A stretch of 64,000 bases of DNA from Macrostomum lignano (Eukaryota): positions 1 through 64,000 of the forward strand of contig NIVC01000020.1 in NCBI GenBank assembly GCA_002269645.1, in the 5' to 3' direction. Shown here one piece after another: positions 45,570 through 58,035 of this stretch. Made by a program: the position numbers and the translations under genes. The notes under the pieces were generated by a model that saw nothing but the letters and a program-made list of their open reading frames with translations, did no database searches and was not told the origin of the DNA. Within the stretch, counting starts at the first letter, position 1. Every line of letters begins with the position of its first letter.

Positions 45570-46090
45570 ACATTATAATATGACACATTTTGCACATTCG
45601 GAAGAATATTTCAAAACACGCCAAGAAACAGCTGGAGCCATTTGCACTGACGGCAGCTGACCTGAAATGAATATTTGCGTGCGATTCTCACCTGCACTTG
45701 GCCTTCCGCAGGTCCTCCTGAGCTGCTTCCACAGCCGCGACACGGCATCATGCAGCGCGGGCGACTCTGCGCCTCCTGCGCAACCTTCGAGCACGTACCA
45801 TATCAATGCGGTCCAGAATTTCGCCGCGCATTGCCCGCATTTCATTTAAGATGGCGGCGAGGTCGGCGCGATTTTCGGCCCGGTCGGCCCGCACCTCATC
45901 TAAGATGGCGGCGAGGTCGGCGCGATTTTCGGCCCGGTCGGCCCGCACCTCATCTAAGATGGCGGCGAGGTCGGCGCGATTCGCTCGCATTTCGCCGCGC
46001 ATCGCCTGCATCTCATTTAAGATGGCGGCCAGGCCGGCGGATGCCACAGCAGCAGCCGCCACAAGCAGACTTTGATTGCTGCCCTGAAAC
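45570..46090 (-). other. Second locus of the unknown ADRAENRA coiled-coil family
   Basis: Near-identical exon start GSNQSLLVAAAAVASA and end EILDRIDM|gtacgt. Confidence 0.5.
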
Positions 46091-46976
46091 AAATAACAGA
46101 TGCGTTTCCGTGTGCTCACAGCATGTCTAACTGGTGCAGTCTCCGAATGCAACATCTGCTTGCCTATGCTGAACTCCCTGCGCGCAGGCAAAAAGCAAAA
46201 AGCCAAAGCCAGCACCACTGATTCTAATGCTGAGACGAGCGATCAGGCAGCCAGAGTACAAATCAATGTATATTTAAATTTAGAAAACAGCTATCGAAAA
46301 TGTCTACTATCGGTAGTCAGTCGGCTCTGTGCAACAAGCTGCGAGTGGAAGGGCCGGTGGATCTTGCTGATTCTCTAGAAATAATAATAATAAGACTAAA
46401 AAATCTAACGGAAAGCGAGACAAAGAGGGCGGCGAACTCGTGCAACAAAATCTACGCTACTACAAAACGCGAGGCGGACTCAAAGTGAAAGAGAACAACA
46501 AAAACGGAGTATTGGTTTAATATCTCGGCCTTCTCATAGGAGGCTTTAATAATATTGGTCAGACATTCTCCATTACTAACAGTAGAGTGGGAAGAAAACG
46601 CAGCTATTGAATTGATCTGGAAATCTTCAAATTCTAAACGGAGACAGCGCGGACTGCGGAGGTTCCAGAAAGCGGCCTGGCTGGCAAGAGGACACGCGTT
46701 GAGCACGGGGAAATGAAAACTCGGCATCTGCTGAGGCCGCTCGCTGGAACTGAAAGAGACGCTTGGGCGCTCGCTAAATAAGGGTGAGCGCGGGGCTAAC
46801 ACAGGGCTACACAAGAGATTTCTTAATGTCTGAGTTTGCACTAATACACAAATTCTATGGCGGGCTACACAACGGACAGTCTACTACAGATTATGGAGTC
46901 ATTGTTCTCCAGCCAAATCTAAGAAAATGTTCAAATTGAGCCAAGCTCCAAGTTTATCAAAGACCAGCTCGCTTCA

Positions 46977-49900
46977 TCAGGCCAGCGGCTCCAGCTCTAC
47001 GATCACGTCCTCCTCGTTCACCGTCTCTCCGGCTTTGAAGTGGACGGCTTTCACCTGCGGGCGGGAGGAGAGACCAATCGTGAGACTAGCTGTGAGCCTG
47101 GCTGAGACTGGCCATGAGACCAATTGTGAGACTAGCTGTGAGCCTGGCTGAGACTGGCCATGAGACCAATCGTGAGACTAGCTGTGAGCCTGGCTGAGAC
47201 TGGCCATGAGACCAATTGTGAGACTAGCTGTGAGCCTGGCTGAGACTGGCCATGAGACCAATCGTGAGACTAGCTGTGAGCCTGGCTGAGACTGGCCATG
47301 AGACCAATTGTGAGACTAGCTGTGAGCCTGGCTGAGACTGGCCATGAGACCAATCGTGAGACTAGCTGTGAGCCTGGCTGAGACTGGCCATGAGACCAAT
47401 CGTGAGACTAGCTGTGAGCCTGGCTGAGACTGGCCATGAGACTGGTTGTTGACTGGCCATGAGCCTGGCTGAGACTGGCCATGAGACTGGTTGTTGACTG
47501 GCCATGAGACTGATTGTTGACTGGCCATGAGACTGATTGTTGACTGGCCATGAGACTGATTGTTGACTGGCCATGAGACTGATTCTTAGACTGGCCATGA
47601 GACTGATTATTGACTGGCCATGAGACTGGTTGTTGACTGGCCATGAGACTGGTTGTTGACTGGCCATGAGACTGATTGTTGACTGGCCATGAGACTGGTT
47701 GTTGACTGGCCATGAGACTGATTGTTAGACTGGCCATGAGACTGATTGTTGACTGGCCATGAGACTGATTGTTAGACTGGCCATGAGACTGATTGTTAGA
47801 CTGGCCATGAGACTGATTGTTAGACTGGCCATGAGACTGATTGTTAGACTGGCCATGAGACTGATTGTTAGACTGGCCATGAGACTGATTGTTGACTGGC
47901 CATGAGACTGTGAGGCTCGATGTGAGACTGGATGTGAGAATGGATATGAGAATGGATGTGAGACCGGATTTGAGATCGGCTGAAAGGAAAGAAAATCCCG
48001 TGGCAAAACTCACCTTCCCAGCGATGGCGCAGCTCAGGCTGTTCTGCATCTTCATGGCCTCCAGCACGCAAATCTCCTGGCCCTCGGCCACCGTCTGGCC
48101 CACCGTGACGCCGATGGACTTCACCAGGCCAGGCATGGGCGCCTTGATGGTGGTGCTGGTGTCCTTGTCCGAGCGCACCGGCATGAATTTCGACAGATCG
48201 TAGGCGCGAGCCGTGCGGACTATCGTGGTGCACTGCGGGAGGTGCGAGTTTTGCATAGCGACTCACCTTGGTGCCCATGCACTGCAGCCCGACTCACACA
48301 GCTCACTCACATTGGTGCCCATGCACTGCAGACCGACTCACACAGCTCACTCACCTTGGTGCCCATGCACTGCAGACCGACTCACACAGCTCACTCACAT
48401 TGGTGCCCATGTACTGCAGACCGACTCACACAGCTCACTCACCTTGGTGCCCATGCACTGCAGACCGACTCACACAGCTCACTCACATTGGTGCCCATGT
48501 ACTGCAGACCGACTCACACAGCTCACTCACATTGGTGCCCATGTACTGCAGACTGACTCACACAGCTCACTCACATTGGTGCCCATGCACTGCAGACCGA
48601 CTCACACAGCTCACTCACATTGGTGCCCATGTACTGCAGACCGACTCACACAGCTCACTCACATTGGTGCCCATGTACTGCAGACTGACTCACACAGCTC
48701 ACTCACATTGGTGCCCATGCACTGCAGACCGACTCACACAGCTCACTCACCTTGGTGCCCATGCACTGCAGACTGACTCACACAGCTCACTCACATTGGT
48801 GCCCATGCACTGCAGACTGACTCACACAGCTCACTCACCTTGGTGCCCATGCACTGCAGACCGACTCACACAGCTCACTCACCTTGGTGCCCATGTACTG
48901 CAGGGTCACGCGCTCATCGAAGCTGCGGGACATCATCTGCATGCAGACGGAATCGCCGTTGATGACGGCCGGGATGACCTTGTTGGCCAGGCTGAAGTTG
49001 TCCTTGATCTGCAGAGTCTCGCTGCCCTCGAAGGCCACGGTGAAGCCGCCTTCCTTGTAGCTGACGCGGCACAGCAGGTCCTTGCCGTCCAGGGAGGCGA
49101 CGATGTCCCAGTCGAAAGACTTCTTGGCTTCGCCGGCCACAATGTTGGACCGGTCCTTCTTCAGGTATGTCTTGTTGCGCAGGTCGTTCTTGGCGAAGAC
49201 TACGGCGGACACGGCGGCGATGTTGAGCCGGTCGCGGTCGCTGAACTGCTTGCCGCGGAAGCCGTCCGGGTACACCTCCGGCAGGTAGTTGGTGGTGATG
49301 TTGCCGGACACGAAGCGATTCTCGGTGACGATGTCACGCAGCAGGGGGATGTTGTGGGTGACGCCGCGGATCACGTAGTTGTCCAGAGCGTTGACCATGG
49401 TGTTGAGGGCGGACTGGCGGTCCTTGCCGTAGGTGACCAGCTTACAGATCATGGGGTCGTAGTAGATGGAGATTTCACTGCCCTCCTGGATGCCGCTGTC
49501 GCAGCGGACGTTCTCCAAGGCGGTGGGCTCCGAGTAGGTGGTCAGGCGGCCGATGGACGGCAGGCCGAACGCCTTGTAGGGGTCCTCGGCGTACACGCGG
49601 CACTCCACGGCCCAGCCTTTCACGCCGATGTCCTTCTGGGTGAGCAACAGCGGGTGGCCCTTGCCCACGCGGATCATCTGGTGCACAATGTCCACTCCGG
49701 TGATGCACTCGGTGATGGGGTGCTCCACCTGCAGGCGGGTGTTCATCTCCAGGAAGTAGAAGTTCTTCTTCGAGTCCACCAGGAACTCAACGGTGCCGGC
49801 GGAGTCGTAGCCCACAGCCTTGGCCAGCGCGGTGGCCTGGGCGCCCATGGCCTTGCGGGTGTCAGGGTCGATGTACACGCTGGGCGCCTCCTCGATTACC

Positions 49901-51195
49901 TTCTGGTTGCGCCGCTGGATGCTGCACTCGCGCTCGTTCAAGTACAGCGCATTGCCGTGGCGGTCGCAGAGCACCTGCACCTCGATGTGGCGCGGCTTGT
50001 CGATGAACTTCTCGATCAGCATGCGGTCGTCGCCAAAGCTGGACTTGGCCTCCTCCTGCGACAGCCGGTAGCCCTCGCGGGCCTGTTTGTCGTTCCAGGC
50101 GATGCGCATGCCCTTGCCGCCTCCTGTGGGGCGCGGCGAGGATCATTTCCTGGGATCTGACTGAGGGAGTTCCTGCGGATTCTGGTGGGCTGTTTGTGGG
50201 GATTCTGGTGAGCTGTTTGTGGGGATTCTGGTGAGCTGTTTGTGGGGATTCTGGTGGGCTGTTTGTGGAGATTCTGGTGGGCTGTTTGTGGGGTCCTGAT
50301 GGGCTGCTTGTGGGGATTTCGGTAAGGACATTGTAGGGATCTTACTAGAGATTCGTCTGTGCCCTTCGGTTGGTTTCTAACAAAGGCTGGAAATGATTAA
50401 TTGAGCAGGGAAAGAGCAGCTCCAAGACTCCGGGAGAGTTGCTACGAAACAGCAAGAAATGCAAAGTCAAGCATTAAAAATTGAATGCCAACGCGTTTCG
50501 TCTTACAGACGTTTTCAGGACAGACAATCTTCACTTAATCAGCCATGTTAATCAGCCAGCTCTAAGAAGCTGGGGCACTCACCGCCGGCGGAGGCCTTGA
50601 TCATGACGGGGTAGCCGATTTCGTTGGCGATCTTGACGGCCTCATCAGCGTCCTTGACCTCGCCGTCGAAGCCGGGGATGCAGTTGACCTTGGCCTTGTT
50701 CGCGATGCGCTTGCTCTCGATCTTGTCGCCCATGGCACGGATGGCCTTGGAGTTGGGGCCCAGGAACACCACGTCCAAGTCCTCCAGGCGCTTGGCGAAC
50801 ACCGTGTTCTCCGACAGGAAGCCGTAGCCCGGGTGCACCGCCTGGGCGCCCGTCTGCTTCACGGCCTGCAGGATGGCCTCCATGTTGAGGTAGCTCTTGC
50901 TGGTGGGCGCCGGCCCGATGCACACGGCCTCGTCAGCCAGCTGGACGAACTTGCTGGAGGCGTCGATCTCGCTGTGGACGGCCACCGACTTGATGCCCAG
51001 CCGCTTGCAGGAGTTGATAACGCGGCAGGCGATCTCACCGCGGTTGGCGATAAGGATCTTCTCGAAGCGCGACTCGTTGCTGTCGTGCTTGTCGTTCCAG
51101 TAGATGGCGTCGGCTTGCCTGGCGGCAGAGTGCGAGCACAGGGTGCGCATGGCGACTGCGGCCGGGCCGCGGTGGGCGCTCAGCAGGCTCAGCAT
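46977..51195 (-). CDS. PCCA: Propionyl-CoA carboxylase alpha chain, mitochondrial; exons 51195-50583, 50123-48883, 48232-48014, 47054-46977
   Basis: [16 protein letters not shown]|[33 protein letters not shown] and biotin site EAMKM. GT-AG junctions keep frame. Confidence 0.95.
47065..47905. repeat. Compound minisatellite (46-bp then 23/24-bp units) in PCCA intron 3
   Basis: Directly visible; shared gagactggccat core. Confidence 0.95.
48258..48905. repeat. 44-bp minisatellite made of the PCCA exon 2 end plus 5' splice site, 15 copies
   Basis: Sense unit CTGCAGTA/GCATGGGCACCAAG/T|GTGAGTGAGCTGTGTGAGTCGGT. Confidence 0.95.
50170..50330. repeat. ~23-bp minisatellite in PCCA intron 1
   Basis: gggattctggtgagctgtttgtg units. 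Confidence 0.85.
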
Positions 51196-51244
51196 GGCAG
51201 CGGGGCAAGGGGTTGCTGAGGGGATTGGCGTGGGAGTTCAGCAT

Positions 51245-53958
51245 TCTCATCTACCTGAGATGGCTGCAGTCTCAAATCCCATCTACCTGAGATGGCTGCA
51301 GTCTCAAATCCCATCTACCTGAGATGGCTGCAGTCTCAAATCCCATCTACCTGAGATGGCTGCAGTCTCAAATCCCATCTACCTGAGATGGCTGCAGTCT
51401 CAAATCCCATCTGCCTGAGGTGGCTGCTGTCTCAAATCCCATCTGCCTGAGGTGGCTGCTGTCTCAAATCCCATCTGCCTGAGGTGGCTGCTGTCTCAAA
51501 TCCCATCTGCCTGAGGTGGCTGCTGTCTCAAATCCCATTTGCCTGAGGTGGCTGCTGTCTTAAATCCCATCTACCTGAGGTGGTGGCTGTCTCAAATCCC
51601 ATCTGCCTGAGGTGGCTGCTGTCTCAAATCCCATCTACCTGAGATGGCTGCAGTCTCAAATCCCATCTACCTGAGATGGCTGCAGTCTCAAATCCCATCT
51701 GCCTGAGGTGGCTGCAGTCTCAAATCCCATCTGCCTGAGGTGGCTGCAGTCTCAAATCCCATCTACCTGAGGTGGCTGCAGTCTCAAATCCCATCTACCT
51801 GAGATGGCTGCAGTCTCAAATCCCATCTACCTGAGATGGCTGCAGTCTCAAATCCCATCTACCTGAGATGGCTGCAGTCTCAAATCCCATCTACCTGAGA
51901 TGGCTGCAGTCTCAAATCCCATCTACCTGAGATGGCTGCAGTCTCAAATCCCATCTACCTGAGATGGCTGCAGTCTCAAATCCCATCTACCTGAGATGGC
52001 TGCAGTCTCAAATCCCATCTACCTGAGATGGCTGCAGTCTCAAATCCCATCTACCTGAGATGGCTGCAGTCTCAAATCCCATCTGCCTGAGGTGGCTGCA
52101 GTCTCAAATCCCATCTACCTGAGATGGCTGCAGTCTCAAATCCCATCTGCCTGAGGTGGCTGCTGTCTCAAATCCCATCTGCCTGAGGTGGTGGCTGTCT
52201 CAAATCCCATCTGCCTGAGGTGGTGGCTGTCTCAAATCCCATCTGCCTGAGGTGGCTGCTGTCTCAAATCCCATTTGCCTGAGGTGGCTGCTGTCTCAAA
52301 TCCCATCTGCCTGAGGTGGCTGCAGTCTCAAATCCCATCTGCCTGAGGTGGCTGCTGTCTCAAATCCCATCTGCCTGAGGTGGTGGCTGTCTCAAATCCC
52401 ATCTGCCTGAGGTGGTGGCTGTCTTAAATCCCATCTACCTGAGATGGCTGCAGTCTCAAATCCCATCTGCCTGAGGTGGCTGCTGTCTCAAATCCCATCT
52501 GCCTGAGGTGGCTGCAGTCTCAAATCCCATCTGCCTGAGGTGGCTGCTGTCTCAAATCCCATCTGCCTGAGGTGGCTGCAGTCTCAAATCCCATCTGCCT
52601 GAGGTGGCTGCTGTCTCAAATCCCATCTGCCTGAGGTGGCTGCAGTCTCAAATCCCATCTGCCTGAGGTGGCTGCTGTCTCAAATCCCATCTGCCTGAGG
52701 TGGTGGCTGTCTCAAATCCCATCTGCCTGAGGTGGTGGCTGTCTCAAATCCCATCTACCTGAGGTGGCTGCTGTCTCAAATCCCATCTGCCTGAGGTGGC
52801 TGCTGTCTCAAATCCCATCTGCCTGAGGTGGCTGCAGTCTCAAATCCCATCTGCCTGAGGTGGCTGCTGTCTCAAATCCCATCTGCCTGAGGTGGTGGCT
52901 GTCTCAAATCCCATCTGCCTGAGGTGGTGGCTGTCTTAAATCCCATCTACCTGAGGTGGCTGCTGTCTCAAATCCCATCTGCCTGAGGTGGCTGCTGTCT
53001 CAAATCCCATCTGCCTGAGGTGGCTGCAGTCTCAAATCCCATCTGCCTGAGGTGGCTGCTGTCTCAAATCCCATCTGCCTGAGGTGGTGGCTGTCTCAAA
53101 TCCCATCTGCCTGAGGTGGTGGCTGTCTTAAATCCCATCTACCTGAGGTGGCTGCTGTCTCAAATCCCATCTGCCTGAGGTGGCTGCTGTCTCAAATCCC
53201 ATCTGCCTGAGGTGGCTGCAGTCTCAAATCCCATCTGCCTGAGGTGGCTGCAGTCTCAAATCCCATCTGCCTGAGGTGGCTGCTGTCTCAAATCCCATCT
53301 GCCTGAGGTGGTGGCTGTCTCAAATCCCATCTGCCTGAGGTGGTGGCTGTCTCAAATCCCATCTACCTGAGGTGGCTGCTGTCTCAAATCCCATCTGCCT
53401 GAGGTGGCTGCTGTCTCAAATCCCATCTGCCTGAGGTGGCTGCAGTCTCAAATCCCATCTGCCTGAGGTGGCTGCTGTCTCAAATCCCATCTGCCTGAGG
53501 TGGTGGCTGTCTCAAATCCCATCTGCCTGAGGTGGTGGCTGTCTTAAATCCCATCTACCTGAGGTGGCTGCTGTCTCAAATCCCATCTGCCTGAGGTGGC
53601 TGCTGTCTCAAATCCCATCTGCCTGAGGTGGCTGCAGTCTCAAATCCCATCTGCCTGAGGTGGCTGCTGTCTCAAATCCCATCTGCCTGAGGTGGTGGCT
53701 GTCTCAAATCCCATCTGCCTGAGGTGGTGGCTGTCTTAAATCCCATCTACCTGAGGTGGCTGCTGTCTCAAATCCCATCTGCCTGAGGTGGCTGCTGTCT
53801 CAAATCCCATCTGCCTGAGGTGGCTGCAGTCTCAAATCCCATCTGCCTGAGGTGGCTGCTGTCTCAAATCCCATCTGCCTGAGGTGGTGGCTGTCTCAAA
53901 TCCCATCTGCCTGAGGTGGTGGCTGTCTCAAATCCCATCTGCCTGAGGTGGCTGCTGT
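51245..53958. repeat. 32-bp minisatellite (~2.7 kb, ~85 copies) between ZFYVE19 and PCCA
   Basis: cagtctcaaatcccatctacctgagatggctg and variants, with higher-order patterning. Confidence 0.98.
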
Positions 53959-54208
53959 CTGAACCCCCTCAGAATTTGCAGACAATTAGTTTTTAGTCAC
54001 ACAGATTGAAAGAAAAGTAAATAAGTGGAAGCACTTGATGAAGGCGGCAAAGCTGGCACGCCATTTCATCGATGTAATCACTTTATAAACAGCAGAATAA
54101 AATAGAAATCAGCTACTCACAAGTAGCAATAGGATATAAGAAATAAACTCTATGAACAGTACACAAAAAACTCAATGGAGCAATCGGGAATTTTCTGCAA
54201 GACTCTGT

Positions 54209-55363
54209 CTAGACCGGCCGCGCCGCGTGCCCGTCGCCCTTGCTGTGGCCCTCGCGGAAGCAGCGCCGGCAGTACAGGTCCCCCATGCACTGCGGGCAGC
54301 GGACCTCGGCATCCGCGTTGCAGATGCAGCACCAGCGCTCGCTGTCCGAGCCGCCGGAGACATCCTCGTCGTCTGTGAAGTCTTCGTCTGGCGCGGCCAG
54401 GGCATCCCGGATGGCCGTTTCTACCTGGCTGTCGCTGATCTGTTCCGGCTCGGCCGGCTTTGGCTGTGACGGAGGGCTGGCTGTCGCTGCTTCCGTCTTG
54501 CCTTTCTTCTGCTTCTGCTGCCGGCGCTGCAGGTGTGCCGCCAGTTCCGGGTCCGCCTGCAGTGCCCGGACCTCCGCCTCCGCGCTGCGCATCAGCTCGG
54601 CCGCCTCGCGGCTCAGCGCGTCCGCGTCTTCGGCATCTGCGTCAGCTGATTCTGCCGCGGCTCCCTCGGCCGAAGCGGTCGCTGCTGCCACCTTGGCATC
54701 GGAGGCCTCAGCGGCAGCGGCATTCGCTGCGGCGGTGTCCGCATCGACTCCCCGTAGGGCGGCCAGCCGCTCCGCCAGTTTCCGATCGCGAGAGGCGGCC
54801 TCGCGCTCGCGCTGCTGGTCGATGCGGGCCCGGGCTTGCGCCGACTCCATGAGCGCTGCCACCTGCTCCGCCTCTGACAGCTGCGGGCGCGGAGCCTCGA
54901 CGGCCGGTGCAGCCGATCCAGCTTCCGTCTCGGCCGTTCGGCCCTCCAAGGCTTCCAGGCGAGAGCGGAGGTCCTGGTCAGAGGGCGGCGGGGCCTGGCC
55001 AGGCCGCTGCTTCAGACGCTCAAGGCGTTCCCGCGCCTCCCGGTCCGGGTCGGCCGCCCTGGAGCCGCCGCCGCCCTTCTTTGCCGGCCCCGTCTGCCGT
55101 GCCTGCAGGGCCTCCACCCGCTTGACGAAGTTGGCAGGCGGCTCGATTGGCTGCTTGGCGGCAGGCGGCTGGGCCTGCTGGCGGAGGCACTTGGCGCACA
55201 TTTTGCCCAGCTTGCCGTTCAGCTTGGGCACCGGCTTCTTGGTCTGCAGGCAGCGCGAGCAGTAGGAGAAGCCGCAGTTGTCGCAGCCGTACTCCCGCCG
55301 CAGCAGGGAATACTCGCTGCCGCAGCCGTAGCAGGACATGCGGGCGCCGGCTGCGGGTGGCAT
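54209..55363 (-). CDS. ZFYVE19: Abscission/NoCut checkpoint regulator (FYVE plus C-terminal B-box-like zinc finger)
   Basis: CYGCGSEYSLLRREYGCDNCGFSYCSRC..CAKC and WCCICNADAEVRCPQCMGDLYCRRCFREGH. Single exon. Confidence 0.9.
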   Translation of the reverse strand: MPPAAGARMSCYGCGSEYSLLRREYGCDNCGFSYCSRCLQTKKPVPKLNGKLGKMCAKCLRQQAQPPAAKQPIEPPANFVKRVEALQARQTGPAKKGGGGSRAADPDREARERLERLKQRPGQAPPPSDQDLRSRLEALEGRTAETEAGSAAPAVEAPRPQLSEAEQVAALMESAQARARIDQQREREAASRDRKLAERLAALRGVDADTAAANAAAAEASDAKVAAATASAEGAAAESADADAEDADALSREAAELMRSAEAEVRALQADPELAAHLQRRQQKQKKGKTEAATASPPSQPKPAEPEQISDSQVETAIRDALAAPDEDFTDDEDVSGGSDSERWCCICNADAEVRCPQCMGDLYCRRCFREGHSKGDGHAARPV

Positions 55364-55459
55364 CGCTATTCGCTTAGTTACTCTGGTTACCCTGGTTACT
55401 GTGTGTACCCGAAGCTATCGTTGTAATTACCCTCTACCATGACTGTCCCATTTTCTACT

Positions 55460-56020
55460 ATTATTACCCCATCCTCTGCCATCACTACCCCATCCTCTGC
55501 CATCACTGCCCCATCCTCTGCCATCACTGCCACATCCGCTGCCATCACTACCCCATCCTCTGCCATCACTGCCACATCCTCTGCCATCACTACCCCATCC
55601 TCTGCCATCACTGCCACATCCTCTGCCATCACTACCCCATCCTCTGCCATCACTACCCCATCCTCTGCCATCACTGCCACATCCTCTGCCATCACTACCC
55701 CATCCTCTGCCACATCCTCTGCCATCACTACCCCATCCTCTGCAATCACTACCCCATCCTCTGCCATCACTGCCACATCCTCTGCCATCACTACCCCATC
55801 CTCTGCCATCACTACCCCATCCTCTGCCATCACTACCCCATCCTCTGCCATCACTACCCCATCCTCTGCCATCACTACCCCATCCTCTGCCATCACTACC
55901 CCATCCTCTGCCATCACTACCCCATCCTCTGCCATCACTGCCACATCCTCTGCCATCACTGCCACATCCTCTGCCATCACTACCCCAGCCACTGCCATCA
56001 CTACTCCATCCGCTGCCATC
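55460..56020. repeat. 21-bp minisatellite between BRK1 and ZFYVE19
   Basis: cccatcctctgccatcactac units. Confidence 0.95.
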
Positions 56021-56369
56021 ACTACAAATTTAATTATTTCGAATGAACTGTAAAAAATGAACCGCAGCAGAAAGACAGTAAGTCAAATCCTTTTAACGTA
56101 GAGCAGCAGATTATATTAAAATTTAGTGAATCAAAACGATCAATAAACGAACATGCAGGTAGCGCCCAAATCGCGGGAATTAAACAAACTGTACAGAATA
56201 AAAAGGCGGCATGCCGAGATGCGCAGGGCAGTCTGGAGTACAAGCCAGGCGCAGCTGGCCACCGCTCCGGTTAAATAAAAACTGATAAATGTGATATTCA
56301 GCCTACTGAAAGTAGCCGCTAGCGCATTCTTATTGAACAATCAGCTAAAGAGAAGGGAAGCAGGCGGTC

Positions 56370-56639
56370 TCAGTTAGCCGGGTCGCCGGGCGCGGCCTGC
56401 TTGCCCGCGGCCACCAGCTCGTCCCGTTTGATGCGCGCCTCGATGAAGTCCACCTTGCGCTCCAGCAGCGTCAGCTTCTCGTTCAGCTGGGCGATCTTGC
56501 TGCGGCAGGACACGTCGAACTGGTTCAGGAAGTCCGTCATGCGCTTCAGGGTGAACCCGATCAGGTCGATGTACTCCCGCTGGTTCCAGTCCAGCTGCAC
56601 ATCCTGCTGCACCTGGTCCATGTAGTTCGTGTGCGACAT
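56370..56639 (-). CDS. BRK1: Protein BRICK1 (HSPC300, WAVE complex), 89 aa
   Basis: VQQDVQLDWNQREYID..DFLNQFDVSCRSKIAQLNEKLTLLERKVDFIEARI. True ATG at 56639. Confidence 0.93.
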   Translation of the reverse strand: MSHTNYMDQVQQDVQLDWNQREYIDLIGFTLKRMTDFLNQFDVSCRSKIAQLNEKLTLLERKVDFIEARIKRDELVAAGKQAAPGDPAN

Positions 56640-56664
56640 GGCGGCTGCGGAGGGAGGGTTGGGC

Positions 56665-57300
56665 GTTTCTGCTGCTCCTGACCCTGCTGTTCCTGACCCT
56701 GCTGCTTCAGACATTGCTGCTCCTGACACTGCTGCTCCTGACCCTGCTGTTCCTGACACTGCTGCTCCTGACACTGCTGCTCCTGACTATGCTCCACCTG
56801 ACACTACTGCTACTGACATTGCTGCTTCTGACACTGCTGCTCCAGACATTGCTGCACCTGACACTGCTGTTCCTGACACTGCTGATCCTGACATTGCTGC
56901 TCCTGACACTGCTGTTCCTGACACTGCTGATCCTGACACTGCTGCTCCTGACACTGCTGCTCCTGACTATGCTCCACCTGACACTACTGCTCCTGACATT
57001 GCTGCTTCTGACACTGCTGCTCCAGACATTGCTGCACCTGACACTGCTGTTCCTGACACTGCTGATCCTGACATTGCTGCTCCTGACCCTGCTGTTCCTG
57101 ACACTGCTGCTCCTGACACTGCTGCTCCAGACACTGCTGTTCCTGACACTGCTGATCCTGACATTGCTGCTTCTGACACTGCTGCTCCAGACATTGCTGC
57201 TCCTGACACTGCTGCTCCTGACACTGCTGCTCCTGACACTGCTGCTCCCGACACTGCTGTTCCTGACCCTGCTGCTCCCCTGACCCTGCTGCTCCAGACC
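56665..57300. repeat. 15-bp minisatellite upstream of BRK1
   Basis: ctgctgctcctgaca variants. Confidence 0.95.
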
Positions 57301-58035
57301 CTACTGCTCATTGCACTTAAGCAAGTTGCAACACCTGAACCTAAGCAAACTAACTTTCTAGTCCCAGATCTAAAGCTTTATGTAGCCTCGCAAAAGAAAA
57401 CTACAAAAAAACTGCAAAGTCTCCGCGCTTCTCGGTCAAAGCATCTGAATTTTTTACTTCCAGGAGTTGAAAACAAAATCAAACAACAACTGGGGCTCAG
57501 GGATCTATACAGCAGAAGCTCCATTAGAATCAATAAAACAGTCAAAAGCATTTGCTCAAAGCGGTAAACAACAAGTACAAGAAAAAAACAAGGCAGCACA
57601 GGCAATAGGCTTTAACCAATCCGGACCAACAAGGAAAGAAGAGTGAAGGAAACGAACAAGTGGCCTTATCAACACTAATAATATATTATACTTGCATAGC
57701 TGTGTCCGCTCAGTCAACTCAAGTTGAGGTTTGAAAGGAAAAAAACAGGCCCGAATACTTTTGGCACAGCTACAGGAGGCCGCGGGGACCGGGACATTGC
57801 GGGTGCCAATTCTCTGTGAGCAGGGAGCGCTCGGCAGGTTAACAAAGAGCCAATAAGCAAACCGGGCCAGGCAACAAAGAGCGCGGGATGGGACGGGGCG
57901 AGCAGCATTGATCAGAAATGAATTGCGCATTCACAAAGCATCAGAGGCACAGCATGATGAATATTGAATGCCTCATCAGCCCTTGCGAATTCACACAGCA
58001 TCAGAGGAACAGCATGATGAATATTGAATGCCTCA

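Noticed and set aside
48268-50160. 630-aa plus-strand ORF and other antisense ORFs over PCCA, MAN2A, ZFYVE19 and the LINE
   Set aside because: Shadow ORFs caused by GC3-rich codon usage on the opposite strand, with no recognisable motifs.
51245-53958. CRISPR-like array (32-bp units)
   Set aside because: Head-to-tail tandem units with no unique spacers, no cas genes, and a eukaryotic context. The same applies to the other arrays.
56640-56774. N-terminal extension of BRK1; also the TTG start at 63963 for MAN2A
   Set aside because: The BRK1 extension lies in the 15-bp repeat and is separated from the ATG at 56639 by an acceptor-like site. For MAN2A the signal anchor follows ATG 63918.
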